DNA of 64,000 nt from Styela clava (taxonomy: Eukaryota): the NCBI RefSeq assembly GCF_964204865.1, contig NC_135257.1, positions 9,424,001 through 9,488,000 of the forward strand, read 5' to 3'. The notes beneath the pieces were generated by a model. The model saw nothing but the letters and a program-made list of their open reading frames with translations, was not told the origin of the DNA and ran no database searches. The translations under genes were made by a program, and so were the position numbers. Positions 15,301 to 39,000 of the stretch are shown here, piece by piece (position 1 is the first letter of the stretch; each line of letters opens with the position of its first letter).

Positions 15301-18300
15301 AATCCATTATCCATATTCCAACAATATCTGATGGAAGGCATGACTGCACGAACAGTTGGGGTGAAGCGTCATTTCCCAGAAGATTAAATTTGCATATTAT
15401 AAACCTGCAGTCATATTTAAAAACAAAAGCAAATTTCATATTTCTGAGTTAATTCATATGAAAAAAACTAAAAAAAAAAACTGATAGCGAAACACCACAA
15501 GTATAAGTGTGCGAGCAAGAATGGCGTCACCATAAAAATGCTTGTTCATATACAATAGTATGGGGTATGGACTATTCATGTCGCGAAATGAAAAGGTTAA
15601 ATTTTGAACCTTTCCTATTAAAGTACACAGGATCAACAAATAAAAGGAACGCCAGTTATTTCCGTTTTATCCAATTTGACTAGTAGGTAGGTGATTGATA
15701 AAAACGTCAGGTAATTCAAAAAGAAATGTGGAAATTTTACCATTTTCTGAAAAGGTGACCTATCACTACAGGAGACAAGGGTGCAATATTTCGCAAGAGT
15801 TTGTCTCGTTGGGTAATCACGAAAATTCAAAGGTCGATATTGCCTGTCATTTGTCACGTGACAATGCGGTAATTCATCAATGTTATAATTATGTATGTTT
15901 CAATCACCACACTAAAAAGTCTCCAGTTCACAGATTATACCAAAAAGCTATATTGGTTGATGATATAAATAAAATACTAAGCGAAAATGTTTTAGAGACG
16001 CTAATGGCAATTTGAGGTAACAAATGTAAACTCCGCACCGAGTCCGATACACGTCGTCGGCGAATAGAAATATTGCATCTTAATATAAAACAAACAATAA
16101 CGAACAACAATATTTTCATACAGAGGTTGGAACAGAAAATTTATACCCGAATGGAAGCGACTGAAAAGAGCGCTTTCAAGTATTATATAAAAACAGTCGT
16201 CTATCCGCTTATATCGGCCTACAAACCTTTTGAATAGTACGTAAAAGCTCCCGTGGGGAGGTCCCTTGAAATGGAATCGCTATAAAACCAAGCGTAAGAA
16301 ATACCGAGAAAGGAAGGGCCATTACCCGCCTATGAGACATCTGGCGCCAAAATGAGCTTCCACGAAGAGTATGGATCGGGTCTTCCAAATCCCATGGGAA
16401 ATGTCGTTAAGTCATAAATAACAGTTTCCAAGTGGAACCAGGGTCGTTTGGGGATATGTACCAAATGCGACAGTTGCTCATTAACATTTTATAACAGAAA
16501 AATCAGCTGTGTCAGCGGCATATTGAGGTAATTAGTTGGTGGTAAAATTCGCAATTGCGATTTTATCCAATTTGATGTTTAATAGTTTTTCCATTCTTAT
16601 AAGTGTATCCAAAATTTTGAATTTATACACAAAAATTTCATATATAGCAAAGCTGAGATTATTTTCAAAGGCTTACAAAGAAAATGAATAACCTTCACGT
16701 AAAATCTGTAGGGTAAAATTAATCACGACTTGTCAAAATGCAGAAACTTTCAATCACCAGCGACTGGCCCATGTTTTGAAAAAGTTTCTCATTCATTAAT
16801 CTTTCTACCTTTAGCAAAGAACTCGAGACCTTGATTTAAGCAGTCCTGCATCAGAAAATGAAAATGTGGTGGCATCAGAAAACGTTTGATTACGACAGGG
16901 ATTTACTGTATACCATCTCGTAATTACCCCATATCTGATTTATTTATATGTTTTCTATGATTCTATTTATCTGAAGTTAGGATATGTGAGGTTACTCGAC
17001 TACCTTTTCACTTATCCTGACTTGACTTAAGATAAACACGATGAAAGGTGACAACTAAGATAATTAGAGGTGGGGCAGTAACAAGTTAGCGTCGAAAATA
17101 TATATCGAACTTCGTTCAATTAATCCAGTTCCTTGGTGCGACTTCGAACGCGCAATTCAACAAATGAACTGCGGTACAATTTTGCATCGTTATGGATAGC
17201 CAGGTGGACATTCTAACAGGTTCTAGCAAACACAAAGAATAAACGAAGAAAATTTGGTCACACCATTATTTAAAATTTTCGCATTTTTTTTTTAGAAATG
17301 TTTTTTCATCACATTTTATTGTAATTTCGTGAAAAGTACCAACTATGAGAACGCACGATACCACATGGTTTAATGTAATTCTTCAACATATCAAAATAAT
17401 ATTAACAGCACTGGTATTGAAACAGGAGAGGGCGTCATAGTTGTAGCGTACAAAGCATAGATCATGATTTCCGCCCCCACAGGCTGCGTCAACGCTTGTT
17501 CCATAAGAATTCGTGATAGAGGCTTGTATCGATCTATGCGCACGCCCTGCAGGGTCAGCTGCTTCATGCTTAAGATCAATAGAAGTTCTAAACCTTCCCA
17601 GGAATGACAATGCATGAATCAAGACCGAATATCATGATTCACATATGGGCCGTACATAAATGGGTCTAAGGAAGACTCGGGGTCGAAAGCTTTACGTGTT
17701 TATACATTTCACGAACGAATTTCATCAGCGCCGCGGGCGATCAATTTTGTTTTTGCGCTGGGGTCACAGCGGGCCTTTTGTAGTCGTAATTCTAATACAA
17801 AAACCATTTCGGGACGTTTACAAACGAACGAATCGTGGTGGGTACGGGTTTCACGACTCGTCAACGCGTTTTTAAGGCCCATAAATTTTTTATTACCTCG
17901 TGAGGGTGATAGTACCGATTGGCTAGCGAAAACATGAGTTGCGCCATATTTGTTGAACGACGAAACGACCCACTCAATGGGCGTTAGAACTATTTGTAAT
18001 GTAAAGAATATTTGCGAAATGGGGTTAGAAACGATATTGGCAAACACACTACACCCCTGGTAGAGAGGTATACTATGTGTTCAGCTAACAATAAATACGT
18101 CTGTTACTACATTTTGGCATAAATTTCTCCCTACCTTTTCAACCTTGGAGGGAATCGCTGGAAATACATTAATCGGGAATAGAAATACATTCGTAATATC
18201 TTACCGCATAAGGAATTCGCAATACCGTCATTTAATTTTGGTACTTGCGGTTATAGCCTTACAGAAAGAATACAAAATATATAACCTTCAAGGTTAATTA

Positions 18301-20989
18301 ATCATTCAACAACAGCCATATACTCTCATTTGGAAAAAAAAAATTATAATGTGTATATGATTACGAAATATTTCATTTCCAAGTAATTCATGATTTCAAG
18401 ATTTTGAGACATGGTCATGCCTGTTTGGTTAGAGTTATTCTGAGAAACATGGCTACATTGAAAATTACCAAATTAAAAAACGGCTCAAGATATTTAAATG
18501 CAGGACATGCGGTAATTAGCAAAACAATCGGAGCACGAAGCCGGCGACCACTGTCGTTTTAGGGCAAATTGGTAAAATCTATCCCCCAAAAATAGCCAAC
18601 ACTTCTTTTTCAGATATATATGAATACAACACTTGTTTTTATTTATACATTACCGGTTAACCGCAAACGGTCTTGTTAGCTATCATACACACGATTGTAT
18701 CCGATTTTCATTTTATTCATTTACATAAATTACATTTAAAATTAAACAAAACTTAGTTGAATTAAAATTAAACTAACTTGTAAGATTGAGGAAATTGTAA
18801 ACGGCATCCGTCTGTTTGCGTTTAAATATAACAAATAAAAACTGCCATCATATAGTCACTTCCCACGCATGTCAAAGTTAAATTTTTAGACAGGGGTGAA
18901 TAATAATCGTGTATGTACCATGACACATTTGCAACGATCGGTATTCTAGGTATTATGAGTATTCGAGTATGAAAAGTTTTTGAACTATAGTTGCACTTGG
19001 AATTAGAACTTAAACGTGAAATCTATTTTCGCTCAGATTGCGGTTTTAGCTCTAAAAAATGATCCGTATTTAAAACACGTTAGACAGTGCTTTTGAAGTG
19101 CTTTCCCGGGGACATAAAATGATATTATCGCGAAAAAAGAACCGTGGAAAGTCGAAGCATAAACTTTGTCCCGCAAAAATCCTCAATCATCTATCAGCTT
19201 TTGCAGCTAAATACGAACTGTTAAAAGGACTATGTTATTAAATTTGACAATTCCTGTGATACATATCGAAAAAGTAATTTACTCGAAAAAGCAAATAAAT
19301 TTCTGTTTTTTTTTTGTCTTGGCCATTACTCTTCCCTTCGGGATCATTTCAACGGTTACGGGGCGAAATTTTTTATCGTTATTTCCCCGGTAATAGAGGC
19401 AATCAAAGTGACCCTCAAGAACCACAATGCCTCGGGCGGCAGTAAAACACGATAAATTAAGTTTCAAGTACGGAGTTGTTTTCCAAACTATAGGTGTTTT
19501 TATGTACGCCTTTTAATATCAGGTAAAGAGCTATTTAAAAGCGATCACGTCACGAACCTATGCTTCCAAGTGCAAAAGTATGATACTAGTAACAAATCAC
19601 ACAAAATAACAAAAACACAAATCGCCGCAAGGGAACACTTAACGATGTCGAAAACTTTAAGATTTAGGATAACTGTATAATTATGCAAAGCCAGTCCCAA
19701 TCACTACTGATTGCCACAGCATAAATTCAGGTCTTTCCCAAATTGGATTCAGCTTGCTAAAAACTGCTGTGTGGTGCAGCAAATAATATAGCATCGATGC
19801 AAAGCATGGCGCTTCACTTATAGTTCTGACTTGACAAAGATTAATAAACAATAAAAATCCAATTAATGTCAGGAGGCCACAAATAATCAGTCATTGATAA
19901 AATATATCAAAATATCATATTGCCCGTGTGGCAAATTTAAAGCATAGCATTTTTGGAGCCTCTTCTCTTTTTCCTTCTTTACAACAAAAAGTTAGGGTTA
20001 GTAAACCCAGTGTTCAACATCCATAATACAAAATGTTGATGATTATTAAAAACTTGACAAATGACACATTTAAAATCATAATAACAACACCATCCTTTGC
20101 TAAAATAGAGTTCTTTTTAAAAATAAGGCAGGCATCCTCTAAATTGAATTTATTTGATTTATCAGTATATAAAAAATATGAAAACAAACCTGCATGACAG
20201 AACTTTGGCTGAGACATAACTGTGATGTGTAGATGAAATCAAGAACTTTTGCAAAGCCGACACTATTGACAATCATCGGAATTTCAATGACATCTTTCTT
20301 CACTTGTTTGTTAGGGTTCAGAAACAGATCCCTAAAAACGTATAAAGATTAACCCATTGTGCTAAGAATAAATTGAGGTGATAAAATATATATAAATATA
20401 TGTACTTCAATTACTTGATAGTAAGCACTTGGACACATCAGGTTCGGCTTGATTTACTGACCCCAAATTCATATAGTCTTCCACGAAAATGAAAACTATA
20501 TTCCCATATCATTAGACACTATAATTTTAAATACATAAATATTAAGTACCTGAAATAACCCATTGCAGATGCCAGTACATTTGTATGAGCTTTGAACAAA
20601 TGGCCTTGTACTCGAACTGTGATATCGCATAATTGACCCTGAAATATTAAAATATTAAAAGACTCAATGTGAAATAAATTATACCCGGTGTATTGAAGTC
20701 AGCAATTATCACAGAAAATCAACACCAATCAAGTGCTTAGGTCGGGTTAGGTTACTGTCCCGCCTTGTCCTGATTTATGATAGATAAACAGAATTAAAGA
20801 AAACCAGTAGGAAATTAATTAATGTTGGAGCAACGAGAAGAGCAATGACTAAACTCTGAAACTATGCAATAAAAAAATTATATACAAAACATATATTAAA
20901 TAAATCACCTGCAGCCTTTGTTCATTTAATCCCATTAACAAACTTGAAGGATGCTCAACTGATTCACAAACGTACATTCGGGTTGCCAT
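355..20989 (-). CDS. BTB/POZ-domain transcriptional regulator (ZBTB/NACC-like), multi-exon, 3' end beyond the left edge of the window
   Basis: Phase-consistent GT-AG exons 20989-20909, 20638-20550, 20331-20190, 3192-3043, 2501-2358, 1729-1540, 1111-952, 456-355. They splice to MATRMYVCESVEHPSSLLMGLNEQRLQ|GQLCDITVRVQGHLFKAHTNVLASAMGYFR|DLFLNP...GFAKVLDFIYTSQLCLSQSSVMQ|VLCSACYLQIPYVVDKCQEFI, a complete N-terminal BTB domain, followed by a low-complexity S/P/N linker containing an IKQE SUMO-type motif. The last visible exon ends KPKKEY(R/S), compatible with a C2H2 finger following, but that part is not in the window. Confidence 0.9.
638..772. mobile_element. Short MITE/foldback element in a BTB-gene intron
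   Basis: Imperfect inverted arms of about 43 bp: GGTCTCGTATAATTTCGCATCTCAAGTACTTCTAGTGGGCGTA ... TACGCCCATTAGGAGTACTTGAGGTTCGAAACTGCACAAGACC. Confidence 0.6.
1281..1480 (+). mobile_element. Possible degenerate tRNA-derived SINE fragment
   Basis: A-box-like head GAAGCGTGGTGTCGTAATGGTTGAAGCG resembles the SINE head at 54339; the B-box is degenerate and the boundaries are approximate. Confidence 0.3.
5300..19600. promoter_or_regulatory. CpG-retaining, non-coding, TF-motif-rich block inside the 17-kb BTB intron (putative enhancer region)
   Basis: CG dinucleotides are visibly frequent compared with the CpG-poor flanks (1-5000 and 19700-21300). No credible ORF and few recognisable transposons. 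Clusters of Sox, TCF, COE/EBF-like, CSL-like and TAATTA motifs. Function is inferred. Confidence 0.5.
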
Positions 20990-21579
20990 TTTTGTTTCCT
21001 TCTCAATCTTTCCCACTGCGAATTGTAGAAATATAAAGAATGCAGACTATTCAATCAACTTCTTTGTTGGTATGCACAAATATTTGCTCAGAGGTTCCAA
21101 CTATCACGTATCATGCATGTCTTTATACTGATATAAGCTATCTACACACCAATTTTTTTTATCAAATTATCTAAATATTAATGCTTTTGGTATTGGTTAC
21201 TCATAAACAGCAATGAAACCTTAATACAGTAATATGTACAAATGTTTAAAATTCTTCTGTTATTTCAGTATTTATCATTTTAAACGCTATCTATCTATGA
21301 TGGGGTCTTCAAAAAGTTATTAGTTATTGTCCCTTCATACTGAAAATATCTTTATAACGCTGTATTTTAGGAGCATTGTATCTATTGTCATCACGGATGC
21401 ACAATCATTCAACTTTAAATACCAGAACACATCCCCTAAAATATTGTTATAGCCTAATTCCCGAGTTAGGAAGAAGTCAAATCTTAGAAAACTTCTATTT
21501 CTGTAATGGATGTACGATGTACCCAAACCTCTGCATGTACACAACATTCTCTAAATTGTCATAGGCCTACCCATAATCA

Positions 21580-23300
21580 TCCCGTTATCGATCGTGTTGT
21601 CATTTCACATCTATTACCCTACTTAGCTCGGAGCTGAACGTTCGCACGGCCAACGCGATAACGAACGCGCACCCTGCTCGTTTCACCCTGCGCGTAAATT
21701 TAGGCTCAGGCGGTCTCGTCTGGTCGAGGATTATTGAGATTTGCAGATCTAACACGGGTCAGTAAACCCAAACGTAAACATGTAGTATTCTAGCTCTGTA
21801 TCGCCGCTTTCGGTAATATTTTCATCGGCATTGACTATGGCCGTCCGCAGTCAGCACAAAGCATTGACAAAAGCTAATGAACATTTCAAATATGACGATT
21901 CAACAATTGGCTAGTTTCACAAAAACTAAAATAGAACAATACCCAGATATCTCTCCACTGCGTAGGTACCGTAATTGTGTACCATGGCTATGCATGTGTT
22001 ACCCGGTTGACAAAAATAAACCCATACCTTCCTTAGTCGCTGATTTGGACAAATGATTATTTGAAATAAATTCATATGTAATTATATTTTCGGGACCTAA
22101 TATATTGCAATTTGAAGGCACATGTTATCAGAATCATTCTCAGTAAGAACCATTATGTCTTGTAATCAAAAATATGCCGATAAAAGGTGAATTCAAATCG
22201 TTGAACCATTGGCATACCGGTAACGAATTCATGATAAAAATTTGCGATAAAAGATTTCCGAAGCAATTGCCATTTGTGCTACCCGAAGCCAGTATTACTT
22301 TAATTTGATCCTGAACCTATTTCAAAATAAATATATCTGCAGCAAATAACATGGCAAGTTTTTCTCATTTATGAATTCCCGGTGACACTTTCAAAAAAAT
22401 TGTTATGCTGTTTTGTGAAGGGGAAGATGATATTACCAAGTTTAAAAAGTTAAAATATGCCTTGACAATACTACAATGGATGTTTCTTCGATCATCTAAG
22501 CATGGGTGTAAACATTGGCCCGTTTCGATTTGGGTTCTATTTGACAGTTTTTGGTTATGTTTTCAAAATTTAGGCATATATCGAACGACCTGAAAAAGCT
22601 TATAGCAACAAATATCTGAGATTACAATCAATGCCGTTACGTATATATGTGCTGCTCCAACTTGCATTAGTCAAAGATCCAATTACATTACATTAACATA
22701 TCAATGCCATTGAACAGTGGTGGTAATTGATTTTTGGGGTTATGTCTCTCGTCTTTTTGAATCAGTCTAGACATGAAAAACTATATTCATGATTTTTCTC
22801 ATCGGTGCGAATAAAAGGTTTCGAATGCCTTTTTTATTAATTTTTTTGAGTATTCTACATTGAAAATGTGAAACAATTAAATGTTAATTTGAATGCATTA
22901 GATTTTGAATAGTGGAATTTTATTTTTTTATTTTTATTTTAAGAAAATCGAGCCGTCGAGTATGTTATCATCCATGCGGAATCTCGCTCTAACTCTAACA
23001 TGTGTATTTTCCCATTATACCTGATGTAGTGTATTGTAGTTAAATTTACTGATTTTAATTAATAGCTGGACTTCGAAAAATGCTTTTCATATCATTTCTA
23101 CTCCATGTACTTAGATTCTACAATTGAAACGCGATAATTAGACAGGAGTATCGGGCGTCATGAAAACTATGAAAGGAAATGCATTGATATTCAGTGATAC
23201 AGGTAGGTCTGCGTGTTGATTGGGAACGCGGACAGGTAGGAGGAATTATTTTAGCTGATACCGGTAGGCCTAGTAGTCGGGAACAGTACAGTCATTACAC
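21580..23300. promoter_or_regulatory. Probable divergent promoter region for the BTB gene (-) and LRRC57/TGS1 (+)
   Basis: Lies between head-to-head start codons (20989 on -, 23672 on +). CpG-rich patches at about 21580-21860 and 23130-23290; reverse CCAAT box (TGATTGG) at about 23217-23223. Confidence 0.45.
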
Positions 23301-23605
23301 ATTTCTGCGTTTAGACATTGCTGCATTAGCTGTTTCAAACAGACTTGTTATTGTTTTGCGAATTATTTCGAGTTTATTGTCTTTACCCGATGGTAACTTG
23401 GTGCCATGGATACTGAAATGAGTTTTATTACAGGGATGAATGAAAGTTTGCAATTTATAGAAAGAGCAGAAGAGTGAGCCCAATCGAAAAAGATTAAGGC
23501 CTGGTTTAAATAAAGCTGTTTTCAGTGACCGAATTACAGTATTGGGAAGAGATTCATAATAAAGGTTGAAATTGGAGGTCAAAATAAAATTTCTAAGCTT
23601 ACTAA

Positions 23606-24391
<786 letters not shown>

Positions 24392-25300
24392 AAAAGATGA
24401 AATGCAATATCATAGTCTCTATATGACTGTTCATTGATTCAGATTATGGATTGAGCAATTGAGTCTTGTAGGAGGCTGTTGTTTATATAAAATTTATCAT
24501 TCATTTGTTATCAAGTCAGAATGTTTATTATCTCATGTTAATTTATGTAGAATGTTTTTAAGTATTAATAATTTAATATAATCAATCATTTAATTTACGA
24601 ATGTTACCGAACCCCGATTCAAAACTGAAAATAAAATTTATATAGAGAATCGATTTGATGAAATATGAAACTAACAAATTCGAATTTCTACAAGATTAAA
24701 ATGAGAGGATGACAAAACATGAAATTATCTTCAATTTCTCCTTTAGTATCTATTCAATAATGAGACAGCTCGTGCATGGAGGATTTTTGGATTCCTCTCT
24801 GTTGCGGGATGATTCATGCATGTAACTGACTTACTCTACTTTCAAAGTTCGTACATAGCAACAATTACCTGATAAGTATCTCTATATATTATGTCCAATT
24901 TAGAATCGTAACTAGCTGAGTTTTTTAGGTGACCTGGAATACTGCAAAGATTAAACTTTATATGATGGCTCTGTCAACAAGGACTGCAAACTTATTTTTA
25001 TTATTTTGTCATATTTTTGTGCTCTATAGAGATTTATATTCTCTCATGTAACAATTTGCTGCTGAAATAATCCTACAATTATTGAATTGATTTACATAAT
25101 ACATTTAAGATAGGATTAATCTGTTGAGTAATTTAAAAATGCCTGTATTTGATCTCAAGGAAAACATTACATATAGTTTGCCATAATTTATAAACTCCCA
25201 ATGCCCATTACATGACAGTGAGAGTAAATTTTTATTGTTGAAAATGCTCCTTTTTAATTTGTTTTAGGTACTTTTGTGTAAGAGTAAATGTGTTGTGTAT

Positions 25301-25322
25301 AATAAATGTTTTTTTTTATCAG
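25301..25322 (+). promoter_or_regulatory. Poly(A) signal directly followed by a splice/trans-splice acceptor (LRRC57-TGS1 junction)
   Basis: AATAAA(25301-25306)-TG-T9-ATCAG(25322), lying between the LRRC57 stop (24391) and the TGS1 ATG (25533). Confidence 0.6.
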
Positions 25323-25532
25323 CTGAAAAGAGTTGAGACTATTTTTGCTAAAATGACAAAAATCATATGTAAGCTTGAAATGGGGTCATATGTGTGAAAG
25401 TATTCAGATAATACCCAGAAATTCCAACAAGGAAGATAGTCAAGCACTTCTTTGTAACAAGAAAAAGGGAGAGGAAGACATAGCTTTAAATAATTTACAA
25501 CTTCGACCGTGGCACTGTCGGAAATATGCAAA

Positions 25533-37025
<11,493 letters not shown>

Positions 37026-37953
37026 CAGATGAAATTGAAACTCTTGTGGATATTTATATGATGATGTATTTTTGCACACGATTTTTGCAAGTCTTGCAAT
37101 GATTTTAAGAACAATCATAGTTACCTTCTTGTTTTACATTGTTCATATCACTATAATGATACATTGCTGGAATTAGTCTTAACCAATATTAATAAAAACA
37201 TAATATGCATTACATAGAGATATGCAGCTATTTTAGATATGCTTTGGTTTGCAAATGGTTGTAAAAATTATGAAATGAAACAGCAAAGTCCCGACGTCTG
37301 TCAATTGTACCATATGCAAGTCCATTTTTATTTGTCATCGTTTCAACTCGCCAAAGGATAAGTAGAACTTGCGTCTTTGATCCATTTGTGCGCCATTTTA
37401 ATTTGAGAGTCTGAGAATAAAATTTTAAATGAAATGAATATAAGAACCATATTTGACTTTCTGCACTTCTCAACACTTGAACACACTGGATACTACTGTA
37501 TTGTACGTCAACACAGCGTTAGAAACTCCCTAAACCGCGCGTGTCATCCGCGTCGACTCCGAAGTATAATCAATTTCTGAATTAAATCTTACTGACGGTT
37601 AGCTTGGCCCCAGTCATTTCATTTAGTTAGTCGAGTCTCTTGTGAGCTTCTATAATTCGTGACTCTGGCCCACGAGCCCCATCCAACGCTGGGTTACTAT
37701 AATGAGTGTATCAATCTCTAATAAAAGTGGGCCAAGAGAAGGTGACATCTGCACTTGATGCATTGGCTACTACATTACTAGCTGAACGAATACGGCACTA
37801 TGCCCTGTAATTTGATTTATGCGCGGGACTTCTCGCTTGCACGCTTAAAGAAATAAAACCAACGCTTACTTTTAAAATGGAACATGCTGCTGATATATTA
37901 GGTGATTACTAGTAGTTGATTTTGTCTTGAGCGTGAAATGACTATTCCTCTTG

Positions 37954-39000
37954 ATGCGTACCAATTGCGCAAGTTTGCGAAGCGATGTCAGTACCAACGA
38001 GTCAGTTGAAAGGACAGCGTGCCAGAATATGCCAGCATCCGATAAATATGGGGACAAAAATGCAACGATTTTCATTGTTAACTTTTCGGAACATATTGAT
38101 TTTGTATATGACTGGCATGCCGAGTATTTGACGATAAAGATAATAGAGTGCATATTTGCGTTACTCTGCTTCGTTTTATTTGTTGCTCAGCTGACATACT
38201 TCGTTTTACAAAAACGTGTTGATGAGAAGAAATGGAAAGAGACTGCTGCACCCAACCATAGAACAAAACTTCGAACGAAAAATGCTATGAACGTTTGTTT
38301 GTTTTTGGCTTGTCTTGCTGCGTGTGGAAGAGGAATCGTGTCTTTTTTACCGGAAGCAACAGATGACCGTACCTGCAATTCTCAAAGAAAAGCAATGATG
38401 TTCTTATTTTATGCTTGTGAAACTTTAACGTATCTTGTGCTTTGGATCAAGCAAAGAACGCTATACTCCGAACCTATATTGAGGCATTTGTCGTCGAAAT
38501 TCATTCGCTTTTGTAGTTGGTTTGTTCTCATAGTAATGATTGCTTGTCTATTCTTGGCAATAATTTTAGTGACCGTATTTCATCATTATGAGGCAACAAT
38601 GCACGGATGTGTTTCGACTCCTAGGATGACTGATGTTGAATATGGATTTGTCATATCGCTTTCTGTTACTTTCCAGGTCGGTCTTGTGTTTCTTTTTGCT
38701 TACCCCCTTATCAAACACCGGAGAGAGACCGAGTTAAATACGATAACAGGAGTAGTGAGGAGGGCTACAATTGCGACTGTTGTATGTGTTGTGAGTGAAG
38801 CAATAAGTGCATTATTTTCAATGTTACATCCTCGCCAAGAAGTTGAAATATTTTCCTTTGTATATTACATTAATGTTTTAATTAATATATTTGGCATATT
38901 ATTTTCTTTTACCGATTGGAGACATAGGCTTTTACCTTTGAGTTTACCAGCAAAAGAAAAAAGATGCGAAATCTATCACGTGAATGATCACAGTGGGTAA
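37954..39000 (+). CDS. Orphan seven-transmembrane (GPCR-like) protein, intronless
   Basis: 348-codon ORF from the first ATG (alternative ATG at 38029) with seven hydrophobic segments. Cys at the top of TM3 (DRTC) and in the second extracellular loop (HGC), basic intracellular loops, N-terminal NES/NAT/NFS sequons. No canonical DRY or NPxxY motif. Confidence 0.85.
   Translation: MRTNCASLRSDVSTNESVERTACQNMPASDKYGDKNATIFIVNFSEHIDFVYDWHAEYLTIKIIECIFALLCFVLFVAQLTYFVLQKRVDEKKWKETAAPNHRTKLRTKNAMNVCLFLACLAACGRGIVSFLPEATDDRTCNSQRKAMMFLFYACETLTYLVLWIKQRTLYSEPILRHLSSKFIRFCSWFVLIVMIACLFLAIILVTVFHHYEATMHGCVSTPRMTDVEYGFVISLSVTFQVGLVFLFAYPLIKHRRETELNTITGVVRRATIATVVCVVSEAISALFSMLHPRQEVEIFSFVYYINVLINIFGILFSFTDWRHRLLPLSLPAKEKRCEIYHVNDHSG

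Noticed and set aside
5419-19467. About 40 short ORFs (60-129 aa) inside the large intron as a nested protein-coding gene
   Set aside because: No recognisable domain, many have non-ATG starts, they overlap on both strands, and I found no phase-consistent exon chain.
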